DNA of 59,090 nt, the filler included. It is 7 parts of 7 records of this genome, joined end to end, with 100 filler letters (N's around TTAATTAATTAA, not from the genome) between each part and the next. Parts side by side here need not be neighbours in the genome. Positions count along the whole stretch, not along the records: positions 20,016 to 31,031 come from SRR31156797_72660; 6 more parts are not named here. One strand, written 5' to 3'. Below the pieces are notes generated by a model that did no database searches, had not been told where the DNA came from, and was given only the letters and a program-made list of their open reading frames with translations. This document shows, piece by piece, positions 20,153 through 30,150 of this stretch (its first letter is position 1; the number at the start of each line of letters is the position of its first letter). The position numbers and the translations under genes are program-made.

Positions 20153-21394
20153 CTAGTTCTTCTCTATGGCTTCCAGCCTTTCAGAGAGCGCCGGATGGCT
20201 GTAGTAGAAGCTGCTGTAGAGAGGATGGGGATTGAGATTGGACAGATTGTCCCGGCTCAGCCTCAGCAGGGCCCCTGACAATTCCCCTTTGTTTTCGATC
20301 GCATCGCAGGCATAGGCGTCTGCCTCGTACTCCTGCTTTCTCGATCTACCGTTCCCCAGCGGCGAGAGAAAGAAGCTCAGGGGCGATGTGAAGTAAATCA
20401 GAATAACCAGGATCCCGTGATAGGAGGGAACGGAAAACCCGAAGGCCTGGAAGAGGGCGTTCCATCCAAGGGCAAGGGATGTCAGAAAGAAGGCTCCCGT
20501 GAGGATCAGCACCGATATGAGCAGCCGTTTGGGGATATGGCGGAGTTTGTTGTGCCCGATCTCATGGGCCAGCACGGCCTCAAGCTCCGCAGGGCTCAGG
20601 GATTCGATCAGCGTATCGAAGAGGACAATCCTTTTCAACCTTCCCAGACCGGTGAAATAAGCGTTGCTGTGGCCCGAACGTTTGCTGCCGTCCATAACGA
20701 AGATGCCGCTGGTTCCGAAACGGCAGCGATCCGCCAGATCCAGAAGCCTGTCCTTGAGCTCTCCCTCCTCGAGAGGAGTGAACTTGTTGAACAGGGGCGC
20801 GATCAGAACGGGGTAGAGAAGAAAGATGACCAACTGAAAGGCCACGGTAAATGCGGACGCCCAAACCCACCAGAAGGGTCCCGTGCTGTCCATAAAAAAG
20901 AAGAGCGTCCAGAGAAGGGGAACCATGAGGACCAGAGACAGGATCAGTTGCTTAAAACCGTCGCTTATAAAAAGCCTGAGATCCGTCTTGTTGAAACCGA
21001 ACTCCTCCTCAATCACAAACTGGCTGTAGATCTGATAGGGCAGATCCGCAGCGGAACTGATCAGAGAGAACGCCAGGATATACACAATGCTGAACAGCCT
21101 GCCCGCCGGCAGAAAGGACAGCAGTCGGGACTCCAGGGCTCCCGGGAAGGAGCTGAGAAGCAGAAGGACAATGAAGAGTGTGCCCCCCAAACGGGTTATA
21201 AGGGCGAAACGGCCCTTCCGCAGGCTGTAGGCAACCGACTTTTCATACTCTTCGGCACTCACGCTGTCAATGAAACGGGCGGGGATTTTCGTTCTGTTTT
21301 TCAGAATGCTGTTCAGATTCAGACAGTCGAGAAGCCAGGCGAAAAGAAACTCCAGCCCGTAGAGGGCGCAAATAAGGATAAGCAGATGGGTCAT
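20153..21394 (-). CDS. M48-family Ste24-like zinc endopeptidase
   Basis: DGSKRSGHSNAYFTG, AVLAHEIGH, EYEADAYA, YSHP. Confidence 0.95.
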   Translation of the reverse strand: MTHLLILICALYGLEFLFAWLLDCLNLNSILKNRTKIPARFIDSVSAEEYEKSVAYSLRKGRFALITRLGGTLFIVLLLLSSFPGALESRLLSFLPAGRLFSIVYILAFSLISSAADLPYQIYSQFVIEEEFGFNKTDLRLFISDGFKQLILSLVLMVPLLWTLFFFMDSTGPFWWVWASAFTVAFQLVIFLLYPVLIAPLFNKFTPLEEGELKDRLLDLADRCRFGTSGIFVMDGSKRSGHSNAYFTGLGRLKRIVLFDTLIESLSPAELEAVLAHEIGHNKLRHIPKRLLISVLILTGAFFLTSLALGWNALFQAFGFSVPSYHGILVILIYFTSPLSFFLSPLGNGRSRKQEYEADAYACDAIENKGELSGALLRLSRDNLSNLNPHPLYSSFYYSHPALSERLEAIEKN

Positions 21395-21539
21395 TGTGAT
21401 TCCTCTTTTCCCGCCGGAGATTCGCTTAGGATACCGGCAGCGTATTCCTGCGAGCCGAGGCCGCGGCCTGGAGCTGGCAGGGGCGCGGGCTGCAAATGCG
21501 TTTTCAAGACAGCCACGGGCTATGATACATCATTTGATC

Positions 21540-21567
21540 AAAAAAAAACCCTGCGGATGCAGGGTTT
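21540..21567 (-). terminator. Intrinsic terminator of the small Zn-finger gene
   Basis: AAACCCTGC-atcc-GCAGGGTTT followed by U-run on the minus strand. Confidence 0.8.
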
Positions 21568-21585
21568 GTCAGCGTTACACCGTCA

Positions 21586-21780
21586 TTAAAGCGCTGCGAC
21601 GGCTTCTTTCATCTTACCTTTGGCAATGGCGGACTTGCACTGCTTACAGATGCTGACGCTCTTTCCGTCAAAATCCTGTTCGTAAACAGTCTTGATACCT
21701 GTCCTCTTGCAAAGGGGACAGGTGCTTCTGCCGCTTTTTACCAGTTCTCTGATTCCGCTACCTCTATGAGCCTTAGACAT
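21586..21780 (-). CDS. Small basic CxxC...CxxC protein (64 aa), possible spirochaete ribosomal protein
   Basis: MSKAHRGSGIR...CPLC...CKQC; AGGAG RBS, own promoter and terminator. Confidence 0.8.
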   Translation of the reverse strand: MSKAHRGSGIRELVKSGRSTCPLCKRTGIKTVYEQDFDGKSVSICKQCKSAIAKGKMKEAVAAL

Positions 21781-21897
21781 AATCACTCCTTATGGTACAG
21801 ACCTGATTAGATCCGTGTCGTATTTTTTATTTCCAAATCTGCAGGATCCCCTTAACGGGTTAACCCGCAGGCGCTGATCGTGAAATAACAGTAGAAA

Positions 21898-21926
21898 ACT
21901 ATATAGACAGTTCCTTAAAAAGTCAA
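21898..21926 (-). promoter_or_regulatory. sigma70 promoter
   Basis: TTGACT-17 nt-TATAGT. Confidence 0.7.
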
Positions 21927-21959
21927 TCCTGAACATGACCTTCAAGAGACAAAGAAAAG

Positions 21960-23252
21960 TCAATAGAAAAGCAGGCTGCTCAACCGTAACTCCGTAGCCT
22001 TCGTATTCCCAAGGTTAATCCCGAACTCGGCGCTGAAGGAAAAGCTAGGAAGCAGGGAGGGAAAGAATATCAGAGAGCTGCCGGCGGTCAGCCTCATTCT
22101 TTCTCTTTTCAGTTTCTGTCCCTCATCCAGAACAAAACCCATATCGAAAAACGGGGAGAGCTGGATGTCTCCGATTTTCGGAAGGGAGAGGATGTTAAAA
22201 GGAGCGTTCTGATTCCAGTAGAGGCCCTTTGTCCCTGAAAGCTTATAATCCAGAACCCCTCTCAGCCTGTCCGCTGCGTTTCGGCGAAAGTCATTATGAT
22301 AAAGAAAACCTGAAACCCTGGTGTTATAGCTGATGAAGGGCGTATAGATGAAGGCTGTGAAAATCCCGTCGGCCCAGGTAATGAACTTGCCGGCCACCTG
22401 GTCGTATTCGATCTGGTTTTCAATACTGGCCCCGTAGCCGCTTCGCAGAGAGCCTATCCAGTCTACATTATCCCATTTCAGCATTTGGTTGTACGCCGGC
22501 ACGGCCCCTTCGTACATAAAGACGCTGTTGCTGTCTCCCGTTTCGTTAACAGCGAAACTATAGGAATAGGGCCATCTGACGATAGGCCTGGCAAGGTAGC
22601 TGATCTCATGGGCTATAGGGAAATCCATGCTGAGACTGAAACTGGACTGAACGTAACTGTATTCCAGGTTGACGTCTCCCTCGTCGTCTGCGGTCTTCAC
22701 GGTTTCCCAAAGCTGATTGTAATGAAAGTTCAGCAGGAAGGGACCGGTCCTGACATTCAGCCAGTCCAGGTTGACCTCGGATTTGACATGGGAGTAATAA
22801 CTGCTCATCAGGCAATCTGTCAGCGATCCCCCCACGTTCCTGTAATCCAGTGCCAGGCCCATAACCACGCCCAGATTGTTGTCGTACTTGTAATAGGGAA
22901 TGGGTATGATCGTCCAGGCTTCCTTCAGGTTCATGGTCACCCGTATAAGATGGACGTCATCGTCCCTTCCTATGGCTTCATACTCTGTCAGAACCGAACG
23001 AAACACCTTTTTGTTGACCAGAAGCTGTCTCTTCTGCTGAAGATAGTCGTTCAGCTCGTAGGATGTGGAAAAGATCCTGTCGTAATCCCAATCCAGTGAT
23101 CCTTCAAGAGCATTGGAACTGGTATGGCCGTCTGTATTGTAAACGATCTCCGTTATCCGGAGATTTCCCAAAGCCTGATTTTCCGCAAGAAGGGGAAATG
23201 AGATCATAATCATTAATGCGGCGGCGAATGGTATTCTTCTCATGGGTAACAT
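21960..23252 (-). CDS. Outer-membrane beta-barrel protein with POTRA-like N-terminus (Omp85-like)
   Basis: Signal peptide, QLLVNKKVFRSV, EAWTIIPIPYYKYD, alternating beta strands, terminal aromatic LFY; start uncertain (23243/23252). Confidence 0.65.
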   Translation of the reverse strand: MLPMRRIPFAAALMIMISFPLLAENQALGNLRITEIVYNTDGHTSSNALEGSLDWDYDRIFSTSYELNDYLQQKRQLLVNKKVFRSVLTEYEAIGRDDDVHLIRVTMNLKEAWTIIPIPYYKYDNNLGVVMGLALDYRNVGGSLTDCLMSSYYSHVKSEVNLDWLNVRTGPFLLNFHYNQLWETVKTADDEGDVNLEYSYVQSSFSLSMDFPIAHEISYLARPIVRWPYSYSFAVNETGDSNSVFMYEGAVPAYNQMLKWDNVDWIGSLRSGYGASIENQIEYDQVAGKFITWADGIFTAFIYTPFISYNTRVSGFLYHNDFRRNAADRLRGVLDYKLSGTKGLYWNQNAPFNILSLPKIGDIQLSPFFDMGFVLDEGQKLKRERMRLTAGSSLIFFPSLLPSFSFSAEFGINLGNTKATELRLSSLLFY

Positions 23253-23372
23253 AAATCGATTCAACCGGATGCGAAGCCCGTCCTCATAATAGGCTTTTTT
23301 TGATTGACAAGGCTAGATGGAATTCATTTTTACTGTATTGCAGGCCCTTGTTTTTAAGTTTATCATGAATTC

Positions 23373-24149
23373 ATGATAGATGCTCTGGGGCGCTGGTTCA
23401 GGGAGAAGCTCGGAGGGATGCGCTATGCCTTTCATTTCTTTCTGTTCCTTATGAAAGAATCCATACATTTTCCGTGGACGAAAAGAATCGGCTTCAAGGT
23501 TCTTATCATGCAGATCTATTTCACCGGCGTGGAGGCTCTTTCCGTTGTGGCCCTGATCTCATTGGGCATAGGTGCGGTGATTATCATTCAGGGCGTGGCC
23601 GTGCTGCCCATGTTCGGGCAGGGCTCTCTGATGTATACCATCCTGATTATGGTGATAACGAGGGAGCTGGGGCCCATGCTGACGGCCTTTATCATTACCG
23701 CCCGATCGGGGAGCGCCATCACCACCGAACTGGGGAACATGGTCATCTCCCACGAGATGGAGGCCTATCAGTCCATAGGGATCCATCCTCTTGCGTATCT
23801 GGGAGTTCCCAGGCTTTACGGCGTTATCCTGGCCATGCTCTTCCTGAATATCTACTTCAATCTCTTCGGTTTGCTGGGCTCCTACCTCGTGGCGTCCTTT
23901 ATCCACAATATCCCCTTCAGCGATTACCTCTACAATCTTATACAGGCCCTGACGGGAGAGGATATTCTTTCCGCTTTTCTGAAAAGCATCGTTTTCGGTG
24001 TTATAATTGCAGTTGTGTCCATCTACTATGGATTCAACGTCAACAGGGCCGTCACCGAGGTCCCTCAGAAAACGATCAAGTCCATAGGGGCGAGCATTAC
24101 TCTATGCATCGTCGCCGATGCCATTCTTGTCGTGGTCACAAGGCTTTAG
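23373..24149 (+). CDS. mlaE: MlaE-family ABC permease
   Basis: QIYFTGVEAL, RELGPMLTAFIITARSGSAITTELGNM. Confidence 0.93.
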   Translation: MIDALGRWFREKLGGMRYAFHFFLFLMKESIHFPWTKRIGFKVLIMQIYFTGVEALSVVALISLGIGAVIIIQGVAVLPMFGQGSLMYTILIMVITRELGPMLTAFIITARSGSAITTELGNMVISHEMEAYQSIGIHPLAYLGVPRLYGVILAMLFLNIYFNLFGLLGSYLVASFIHNIPFSDYLYNLIQALTGEDILSAFLKSIVFGVIIAVVSIYYGFNVNRAVTEVPQKTIKSIGASITLCIVADAILVVVTRL

Positions 24150-24157
24150 GAGAAGGA

Positions 24158-24970
24158 ATGCACTGGAATCAGGTACCCATACTTCTGAAGGATGTCTCGT
24201 TCTGGGATCAGCAGGTCTCCATATTGGAGGATCTGAGCATAGAGTTCAGACCGGCGAGGGTCACGGTCCTTCTGGGGGGATCGGGCTGCGGCAAATCGAC
24301 GATTTTGAAATCGGCCGCCGGATTGATCCCCATTACGTCAGGCACCGTAAAATACGGAGAGAATTCCATATACGGACTCAGCCAGAAGGAGTACGCCCGT
24401 ATGCAGCAGCATACGGGATTCATGTTTCAGGACAGCGCGCTGTGGGCCAATAAGAGCATACAGGAAAACCTGAGCCTCCCTCTGCAGATCGCCGATCCCA
24501 GGGCGAAGGCCGGGTATGTGGAAGAGAAGGTCAGGACCGCTCTGGAACGTTTCTCCATGCTCAACTACATGAAGAGCCGTCCTTCCGGCCTGTCGGCGGG
24601 GGAAAGAAAGATCGTATCCTTCCTGAGAGCCATCATTACGGAACCTGACATCCTGTTCCTCGACGAGCCGACGACCTTTATCGACAGGGAGAGCGCCTTA
24701 AAGCTGATCAAGAGCCTTTACGATTTCAAGAAAGAGGGCAAGACCATCCTGTTGGTCACCCATGATATGAACCTGGCAAAGTCCCTGGGAGATTACATGG
24801 CCTTCCTTCACGAGGGGAAGCCCGTCATTTACGATACCGTTGAAAAATGTATGGCTTCGGACAATCCGCTGTGGAGGAACTACCTGGCCGACAGTATCGC
24901 TCCCGTCTCCGAAGAGCTTGATACGGCGGCGGAAAGAGAGCATAGTATGATGCAGGAAGAAAACACATGA
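24158..24970 (+). CDS. mlaF: MlaF-like ABC ATPase
   Basis: GGSGCGKS, LSAGE, FLDEP, VTHD; ATG 24158 after AGGAG. Confidence 0.88.
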   Translation: MHWNQVPILLKDVSFWDQQVSILEDLSIEFRPARVTVLLGGSGCGKSTILKSAAGLIPITSGTVKYGENSIYGLSQKEYARMQQHTGFMFQDSALWANKSIQENLSLPLQIADPRAKAGYVEEKVRTALERFSMLNYMKSRPSGLSAGERKIVSFLRAIITEPDILFLDEPTTFIDRESALKLIKSLYDFKKEGKTILLVTHDMNLAKSLGDYMAFLHEGKPVIYDTVEKCMASDNPLWRNYLADSIAPVSEELDTAAEREHSMMQEENT

Positions 24971-26010
24971 AATTCGGATTCAGACATGCAGATAAATTCG
25001 TGGGCCTGTTTGTGCTCGTGGCCGTCGTCTTCATTACAAGCGCGGTGGTGGTCACCAGCATAAACAAGCGCTGGTTCGCCAGAGACTATGAGTATTTCAC
25101 CCGTTTTTTCTCGGCCGACGGCCTGAGCGTGGGCATGCCCCTTAAGCTCCGCGGCTTCGAGATCGGGAAGATAAAACGGATAACCCTGAACGATCAGAAC
25201 AAGGTGGATATCACCTTTGTTATCTATGACACCTATATCAATAAAATAACACAGGACTCTGTGATAGAGCTGGTCTCCAATCCCATCGGGCTGGGAGGAG
25301 GACTGAACTTCTATCCCGGCATTAACTCGGATCTCCTTCTCGAGGAGTTCAGCTATATTCCCTCAAACCAGTCCAGGGAGGGCAAGGAGCTTCTCAGCGG
25401 CGGCAAGGCGGACGTTCCCGGCGGCGTGGATGCCATATCGGCCATAATGGACAATATCAATCCCATCCTCGTCGGCGTTGCGGACATCACGACCTCGCTG
25501 ACGGCTATTCTGAATCAGCTGGACAGCGCCATGGCGGGAAATACGGCCCTTCCCCTGGGAGGGATGATGGTCAACCTCGAGCGGACGACTGGCGAGATAA
25601 ACTCCATCCTCCCCGCCGTGGGCGGCATCCTGACGGAGGTAGAGAAGATAACGGCCTCTCTGGCGATACTCTCTTCCCATATGGAGGATCCCACCGGCCT
25701 GGTGCCCACACTTCTTGATCCCACTGGCTCCCTGGACACCATCCTCAACGACGACAACGAGCTGTACGATCATATCAGCGGCATTCTGGGTGAGGTGCAG
25801 ACCAATCTGGAAAATCTGTCGGCCATGACCAATGATCTGAAAGGCATAACCCCCGAGCTGAACGTCGTTCTGGATGAAACGACCGGAGCTATCCGCGAGG
25901 GCAAAAAGGTCCTCCAAGGGCTGAGCAACAACCCCCTGCTTCGCAAAGGGATATCCGATGATGTGGGCACCGAAACCCAGCCGGCCGGACTGCGGGATGA
26001 GGAGTTCTGA
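24967..26010 (+). CDS. mlaD: MCE/MlaD-family protein with long helical tail
   Basis: N-terminal TM, ADGLSVGMPLKLRGFEIGKI. Confidence 0.88.
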   Translation: MKFGFRHADKFVGLFVLVAVVFITSAVVVTSINKRWFARDYEYFTRFFSADGLSVGMPLKLRGFEIGKIKRITLNDQNKVDITFVIYDTYINKITQDSVIELVSNPIGLGGGLNFYPGINSDLLLEEFSYIPSNQSREGKELLSGGKADVPGGVDAISAIMDNINPILVGVADITTSLTAILNQLDSAMAGNTALPLGGMMVNLERTTGEINSILPAVGGILTEVEKITASLAILSSHMEDPTGLVPTLLDPTGSLDTILNDDNELYDHISGILGEVQTNLENLSAMTNDLKGITPELNVVLDETTGAIREGKKVLQGLSNNPLLRKGISDDVGTETQPAGLRDEEF

Positions 26011-26011
26011 C

Positions 26012-26908
26012 ATGAAACGTATCCTATTCGTCCTTTCCATACTGTATCTGCTGACCTCCTGTTCCTCTCTGCCCAAGGATAAAAAAGACGCCGGGGTCAG
26101 GGATAAGAAGGAACAGGCCGCTGCTGTTCTGGAGCACGGGAACAAGGAGTACCTCTGGGATAATCATGCTTCCTCCCTGAATCAGTATCAGAGCGCCTTC
26201 CGCCTTTCCGCCTCTGTTGACTGGCAGGAAGGCATGATACGCTCTCTCATCGCCCTGAGCCGCAGCAGCGACGCCCTGGGGAGAGGAGGAGCCTCTTCCG
26301 TCTACCTGGATCGGGCTGACTTTCTTCTCGAAGAGTATGATGATCCCGCTCTGGCGCTTACGGCGGCCAACAGACGGACCGAATGGTTCCTTTTTAACGC
26401 CACTGCCGATAGAGCCCTGGAGGAGAGCGACAAGATTATCTCTTCGGCCGATAAGGCTAAGGGCAGGGAAGCCGGGGAAGCCTGGAGGATCCGGGCCGCG
26501 ATCCTGAAGCGCAAGGGAGAGCTGGCGACGGCCCTTGAGGCGGCTAATCGCGCCCTTGATCTGGATGAGAAGCGGGGAGACCTGCGCGAGGCCGCCAGCG
26601 ATTACTACATCCGGTCGTCCATACTCTCTCTCAGCGGCGATACGGAACAGGCGGTCCAGTCCATGCAGAAAGCCCTGGCCCTGGATAAGCGCATTGAGAA
26701 TACCCCCGCCATCGCCCAGGATCTTTACGCCCTGGGACTGATCATGGAAAAGGCGGGGGATAAGGAAAGGGCGGATCACTACTTTCGCCGCTCGGCCCTG
26801 GTCTATGAATCGGCGGCCATCGCCGCCGTTCCCGAAGGGCTCTCAGAACGACTCTCTGAATCACAGGAAAACAGTCTGTGGAAGTCCGGAGACGATTCAC
26901 AATTCTGA
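26012..26908 (+). CDS. TPR-repeat lipoprotein
   Basis: MKRILFVLSILYLLTS-C lipobox; A...ALALD TPR pattern. Confidence 0.8.
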   Translation: MKRILFVLSILYLLTSCSSLPKDKKDAGVRDKKEQAAAVLEHGNKEYLWDNHASSLNQYQSAFRLSASVDWQEGMIRSLIALSRSSDALGRGGASSVYLDRADFLLEEYDDPALALTAANRRTEWFLFNATADRALEESDKIISSADKAKGREAGEAWRIRAAILKRKGELATALEAANRALDLDEKRGDLREAASDYYIRSSILSLSGDTEQAVQSMQKALALDKRIENTPAIAQDLYALGLIMEKAGDKERADHYFRRSALVYESAAIAAVPEGLSERLSESQENSLWKSGDDSQF

Positions 26909-26969
26909 ATTTCGTAGTGATTAATGCTCCCGCATGCACTACAGGTAGAAATTGACACCTTCTTCCGTA

Positions 26970-26998
26970 TTGTCATAAATCCTCGTCTATTTTACAAT
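26970..26998 (+). promoter_or_regulatory. sigma70 promoter of hppA
   Basis: TTGTCA-17 nt-TACAAT. Confidence 0.6.
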
Positions 26999-27032
26999 AA
27001 TCCCACACAAATATACTTTAAAGGATGCACAT

Positions 27033-29192
27033 ATGTTCGGATTTATTGTAATCGTCGTCATCGGTGCATTGGCATTCGCCGCTCTCAACTACTCGGCCGT
27101 CAAGAAAAAAAACGCCGGGTCAGAAGAGATGCAGACCATTGCCGGTGCTATTCAGGAGGGTGCGGACGCGTTCCTGCGCCATGAGTACTCACTCATCCTG
27201 AAGATCGTCATCATCATCGCCATACTGCTTCTGGTAGTCGTTTCATGGTATGCCTGCGTGGCTTTTATCATCGGAGCCCTTATGAGCGCCAGCGCGGGAT
27301 GGATAGGCATGAAGATCGCCACCATCGCCAATGTACGGGTGTCCAACACGGCGAACGAAACCAAGAATATCGGAGAGACCATGAAGGTCGCCTTCCAGGG
27401 CGGCAGCGTAATGGGCCTTTCCGTCGGAGGCTTCTCCCTTCTGGGGCTGGCTCTGGTGTACTTTGTTTTCGGTAAGCTTCTCGGCCAGATAGAGCCTTCC
27501 CATCTGATGATGAAGTCCAATTGGCTCGGTATCAGCGACATTCCTTTTACCATGACCGTATCCTCATACGCACTGGGCTGTTCCATCATCGCCATGTTTA
27601 ATCGTGTGGGCGGGGGAATCTACACGAAGGCGGCCGACATGGGTGCAGACCTCGTGGGAAAGACGGAAGCGGGAATCCCCGAGGACGATCCCCGCAACCC
27701 CGCTACCATCGCCGATAACGTGGGCGATAACGTGGGCGATGTGGCCGGATTGGGATCGGACCTGCTCGAGAGTTTCGTGGGCGCCGTGGTCTCAGCCATG
27801 ATACTGGCCTCCTACATCTTCTTCACCAGCAGCCATGCGGGGAATCCCGTTTCAGATGAGCTTGTCTCCAAGCTCATCACATTCCCCATCATCTTCGCCG
27901 CAGCCGGACTGGTCTCTTCTATGCTGGGAATTTTCGTACTGTTGAAGAGCAAGGTTTCCGACAAGCCCCATGCCGAGCTGAACAAGGCCACCTTTATCGC
28001 CGCCGGACTGACGATCGTCATCAACGCCGTTATGACCTGGTTCTTTTTCAGGGGCATGGATCTCAGCGCGGCGGGTTTCAACCTGGGCGCCCTTTCTCCC
28101 TGGCTCTGCGCCGTTCTCGGCGTCGTCAGCGGCATACTGATCGGCCAGATGGCCGAGCGTTACACCAGTTATGACTACAATCCCACCAAGGGCATTTCCG
28201 CCGCTTCCAAGGAAGGACCCGCCCTGACCATCACACAGGGAATGGCTGTGGGTATGAAATCGGTTATCGCGCCCGTCATCACACTGGGCGTCGCCATTAT
28301 CGCGGCCCACTCCATCGCCGGACTATACGGCGTGGCCATGGCCGCCATCGGAATGCTTTCCTTCGTTACCATGACCGTCTCCGTCGACACTTACGGCCCC
28401 ATTGCGGACAACGCCGGAGGGATCAGCGAGATGGCCCATCTGGATCCCGAAGTTCGCGAGATCACTGACGAACTGGATGCGGTGGGCAACACCACCGCCG
28501 CCATCGGAAAGGGCTTTGCCATCGGTTCTGCCGCATTGGCCGCCCTGTCCCTCTTTGCTTCCTATCTCTACGCCCAGGCAGGCCCCAAGGCCATAGACGG
28601 CGTGGAACTGGTGCTGAATATGATCAACACCATGACCCTTGCCGGCGCCCTGGTGGGGGCAGCGCTTCCCTACCTGTTCTCCGGAATCCTGATCGAGTCG
28701 GTGGCCAACGCCGCCCGGAGTATGGTGCAGGAGGTCCGCCGGCAGTTCAGCGAGATGCCCGGCATCCTGACGGGAGAAGAAACTCCCGACTACAGAACCT
28801 GTATTTCCATCTCCTCCGCGGGAGCCCTGCGTGAGATGAAGGTTCCCGCCCTGATCTCAGTGCTCACCCCCCTGGCCAGCGGTTTCATTTTCGGACCCGA
28901 GTTCGTCGGCGGCCTTCTGATTGGCACGACCCTCAGCGCCATCATGCTGGCCCTGTTTACGGCCAACGCCGGCGGCGCCTGGGATAACGGCAAGAAGTAC
29001 ATAGAGAACGGTCATTACGGAGGCAAGGGTTCGGACGCCCACGCCGCCGGCGTTATCGGCGATACCGTGGGAGACCCCCTGAAAGATACGGTCGGCCCTT
29101 CGCTGGATATCCTGATCAAGATCATGGCCGTCATCTCTCTGATCGCCGTATCCATTTTCAGCAAGTTTAACCTTTTTTCTTTGATTGGCTGA
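27033..29192 (+). CDS. hppA: Membrane-bound pyrophosphatase, K+-dependent, probably Na+-translocating
   Basis: GGGIYTKAADMGADLVGKTE, DNVGDNVGD, GNTTAAIGKG (Ala = K+-dependent type), DLLESFVG. Confidence 0.95.
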   Translation: MFGFIVIVVIGALAFAALNYSAVKKKNAGSEEMQTIAGAIQEGADAFLRHEYSLILKIVIIIAILLLVVVSWYACVAFIIGALMSASAGWIGMKIATIANVRVSNTANETKNIGETMKVAFQGGSVMGLSVGGFSLLGLALVYFVFGKLLGQIEPSHLMMKSNWLGISDIPFTMTVSSYALGCSIIAMFNRVGGGIYTKAADMGADLVGKTEAGIPEDDPRNPATIADNVGDNVGDVAGLGSDLLESFVGAVVSAMILASYIFFTSSHAGNPVSDELVSKLITFPIIFAAAGLVSSMLGIFVLLKSKVSDKPHAELNKATFIAAGLTIVINAVMTWFFFRGMDLSAAGFNLGALSPWLCAVLGVVSGILIGQMAERYTSYDYNPTKGISAASKEGPALTITQGMAVGMKSVIAPVITLGVAIIAAHSIAGLYGVAMAAIGMLSFVTMTVSVDTYGPIADNAGGISEMAHLDPEVREITDELDAVGNTTAAIGKGFAIGSAALAALSLFASYLYAQAGPKAIDGVELVLNMINTMTLAGALVGAALPYLFSGILIESVANAARSMVQEVRRQFSEMPGILTGEETPDYRTCISISSAGALREMKVPALISVLTPLASGFIFGPEFVGGLLIGTTLSAIMLALFTANAGGAWDNGKKYIENGHYGGKGSDAHAAGVIGDTVGDPLKDTVGPSLDILIKIMAVISLIAVSIFSKFNLFSLIG

Positions 29193-29265
29193 GCGACACG
29201 CTCTTATAATTGATAATAGATGCCGGTTCTTTTAAGGAAGATCCGGCATGCCCTAGGAGGAAAAT

Positions 29266-30036
29266 ATGGCTGTACACTATTATCTTACCGTTTTCCCCAT
29301 GGAGGCCCTTGTGGCTTCCCAGCTTGAACCCGAGCACTTCGGCGCTTACATGGCCCTTGGCGACAACAAAGCCGCTGCCGAACAGCTTATGTTTATTGAG
29401 ATATCCGGAGGCTTCGGCTCCTGTTTCGACTGGAACTATGCCGAAAACAAATGCGTTCCCCATTCCGACGGGAGACCTAAAAACTCACTCTACCTGTCCA
29501 CCTACAGGGTCTTGGAGAACATTCCCCTGGACGCGCTTGGCACCCTCTACCTGGTGACCAAGGACGGTCGCTCCCTGCCTCTGGAGAAGGGAGAGTACAA
29601 GACCCCCAGCGACTGGCCGGGCTTCGCCCTCTATCGCGAATACTGTCCCATGAGCCCCCTGGCGGTCAGCTCTCTTGATCCCAAGAACTACGGAGACTAT
29701 ATGACCGATCCGGTGAATAAGGTTTCGGTTCCGTCTATTTTCTTTGCCGATCTGAAGGTTGGAGATCCCGACGATATCGAAAACAGCGGGAACGTCGGTT
29801 CCATCTACGACCGGAACCTCGGTCATCTGAGGGACTGCATCCACTCCCTCCAGTCCGGCAAAAGAAAGATGACCAAGATCGTCGAGCGTTCGAACTTTGA
29901 CAAATCGTTCTATCAGATCATCGGTTCCGGGCTTTATGTGGCCAGACAGGAAGGGCTGGTTGAGTATGCCATGCCCAGCCATGGCGAGCTGAAAAAAACC
30001 GATTACGACTGGGGACGTTCCGCTCTGATTTTCTGA
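29266..30036 (+). CDS. Hypothetical protein (256 aa)
   Basis: AGGAGG RBS, coherent ORF, terminator downstream; no motif assigned. Confidence 0.75.
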   Translation: MAVHYYLTVFPMEALVASQLEPEHFGAYMALGDNKAAAEQLMFIEISGGFGSCFDWNYAENKCVPHSDGRPKNSLYLSTYRVLENIPLDALGTLYLVTKDGRSLPLEKGEYKTPSDWPGFALYREYCPMSPLAVSSLDPKNYGDYMTDPVNKVSVPSIFFADLKVGDPDDIENSGNVGSIYDRNLGHLRDCIHSLQSGKRKMTKIVERSNFDKSFYQIIGSGLYVARQEGLVEYAMPSHGELKKTDYDWGRSALIF

Positions 30037-30054
30037 TACCAAGCCATATGATTT

Positions 30055-30090
30055 GCCGCGGTTTTGAATGAAACTGCGGCTTTTTTTCTT
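30055..30090 (+). terminator. Intrinsic terminator
   Basis: GCCGCGGTTT...AAACTGCGGC + TTTTTTT. Confidence 0.75.
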
Positions 30091-30150
30091 TATAATGTTG
30101 CGCAGAACCGATTTTCCGTGATAATGGAAAGACACTAGAGGAGGGCGCTT

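Noticed and set aside
23474-24157. Long N-terminal extension of the ABC ATPase
   Set aside because: Overlaps mlaE out of frame; good RBS and ATG at 24158
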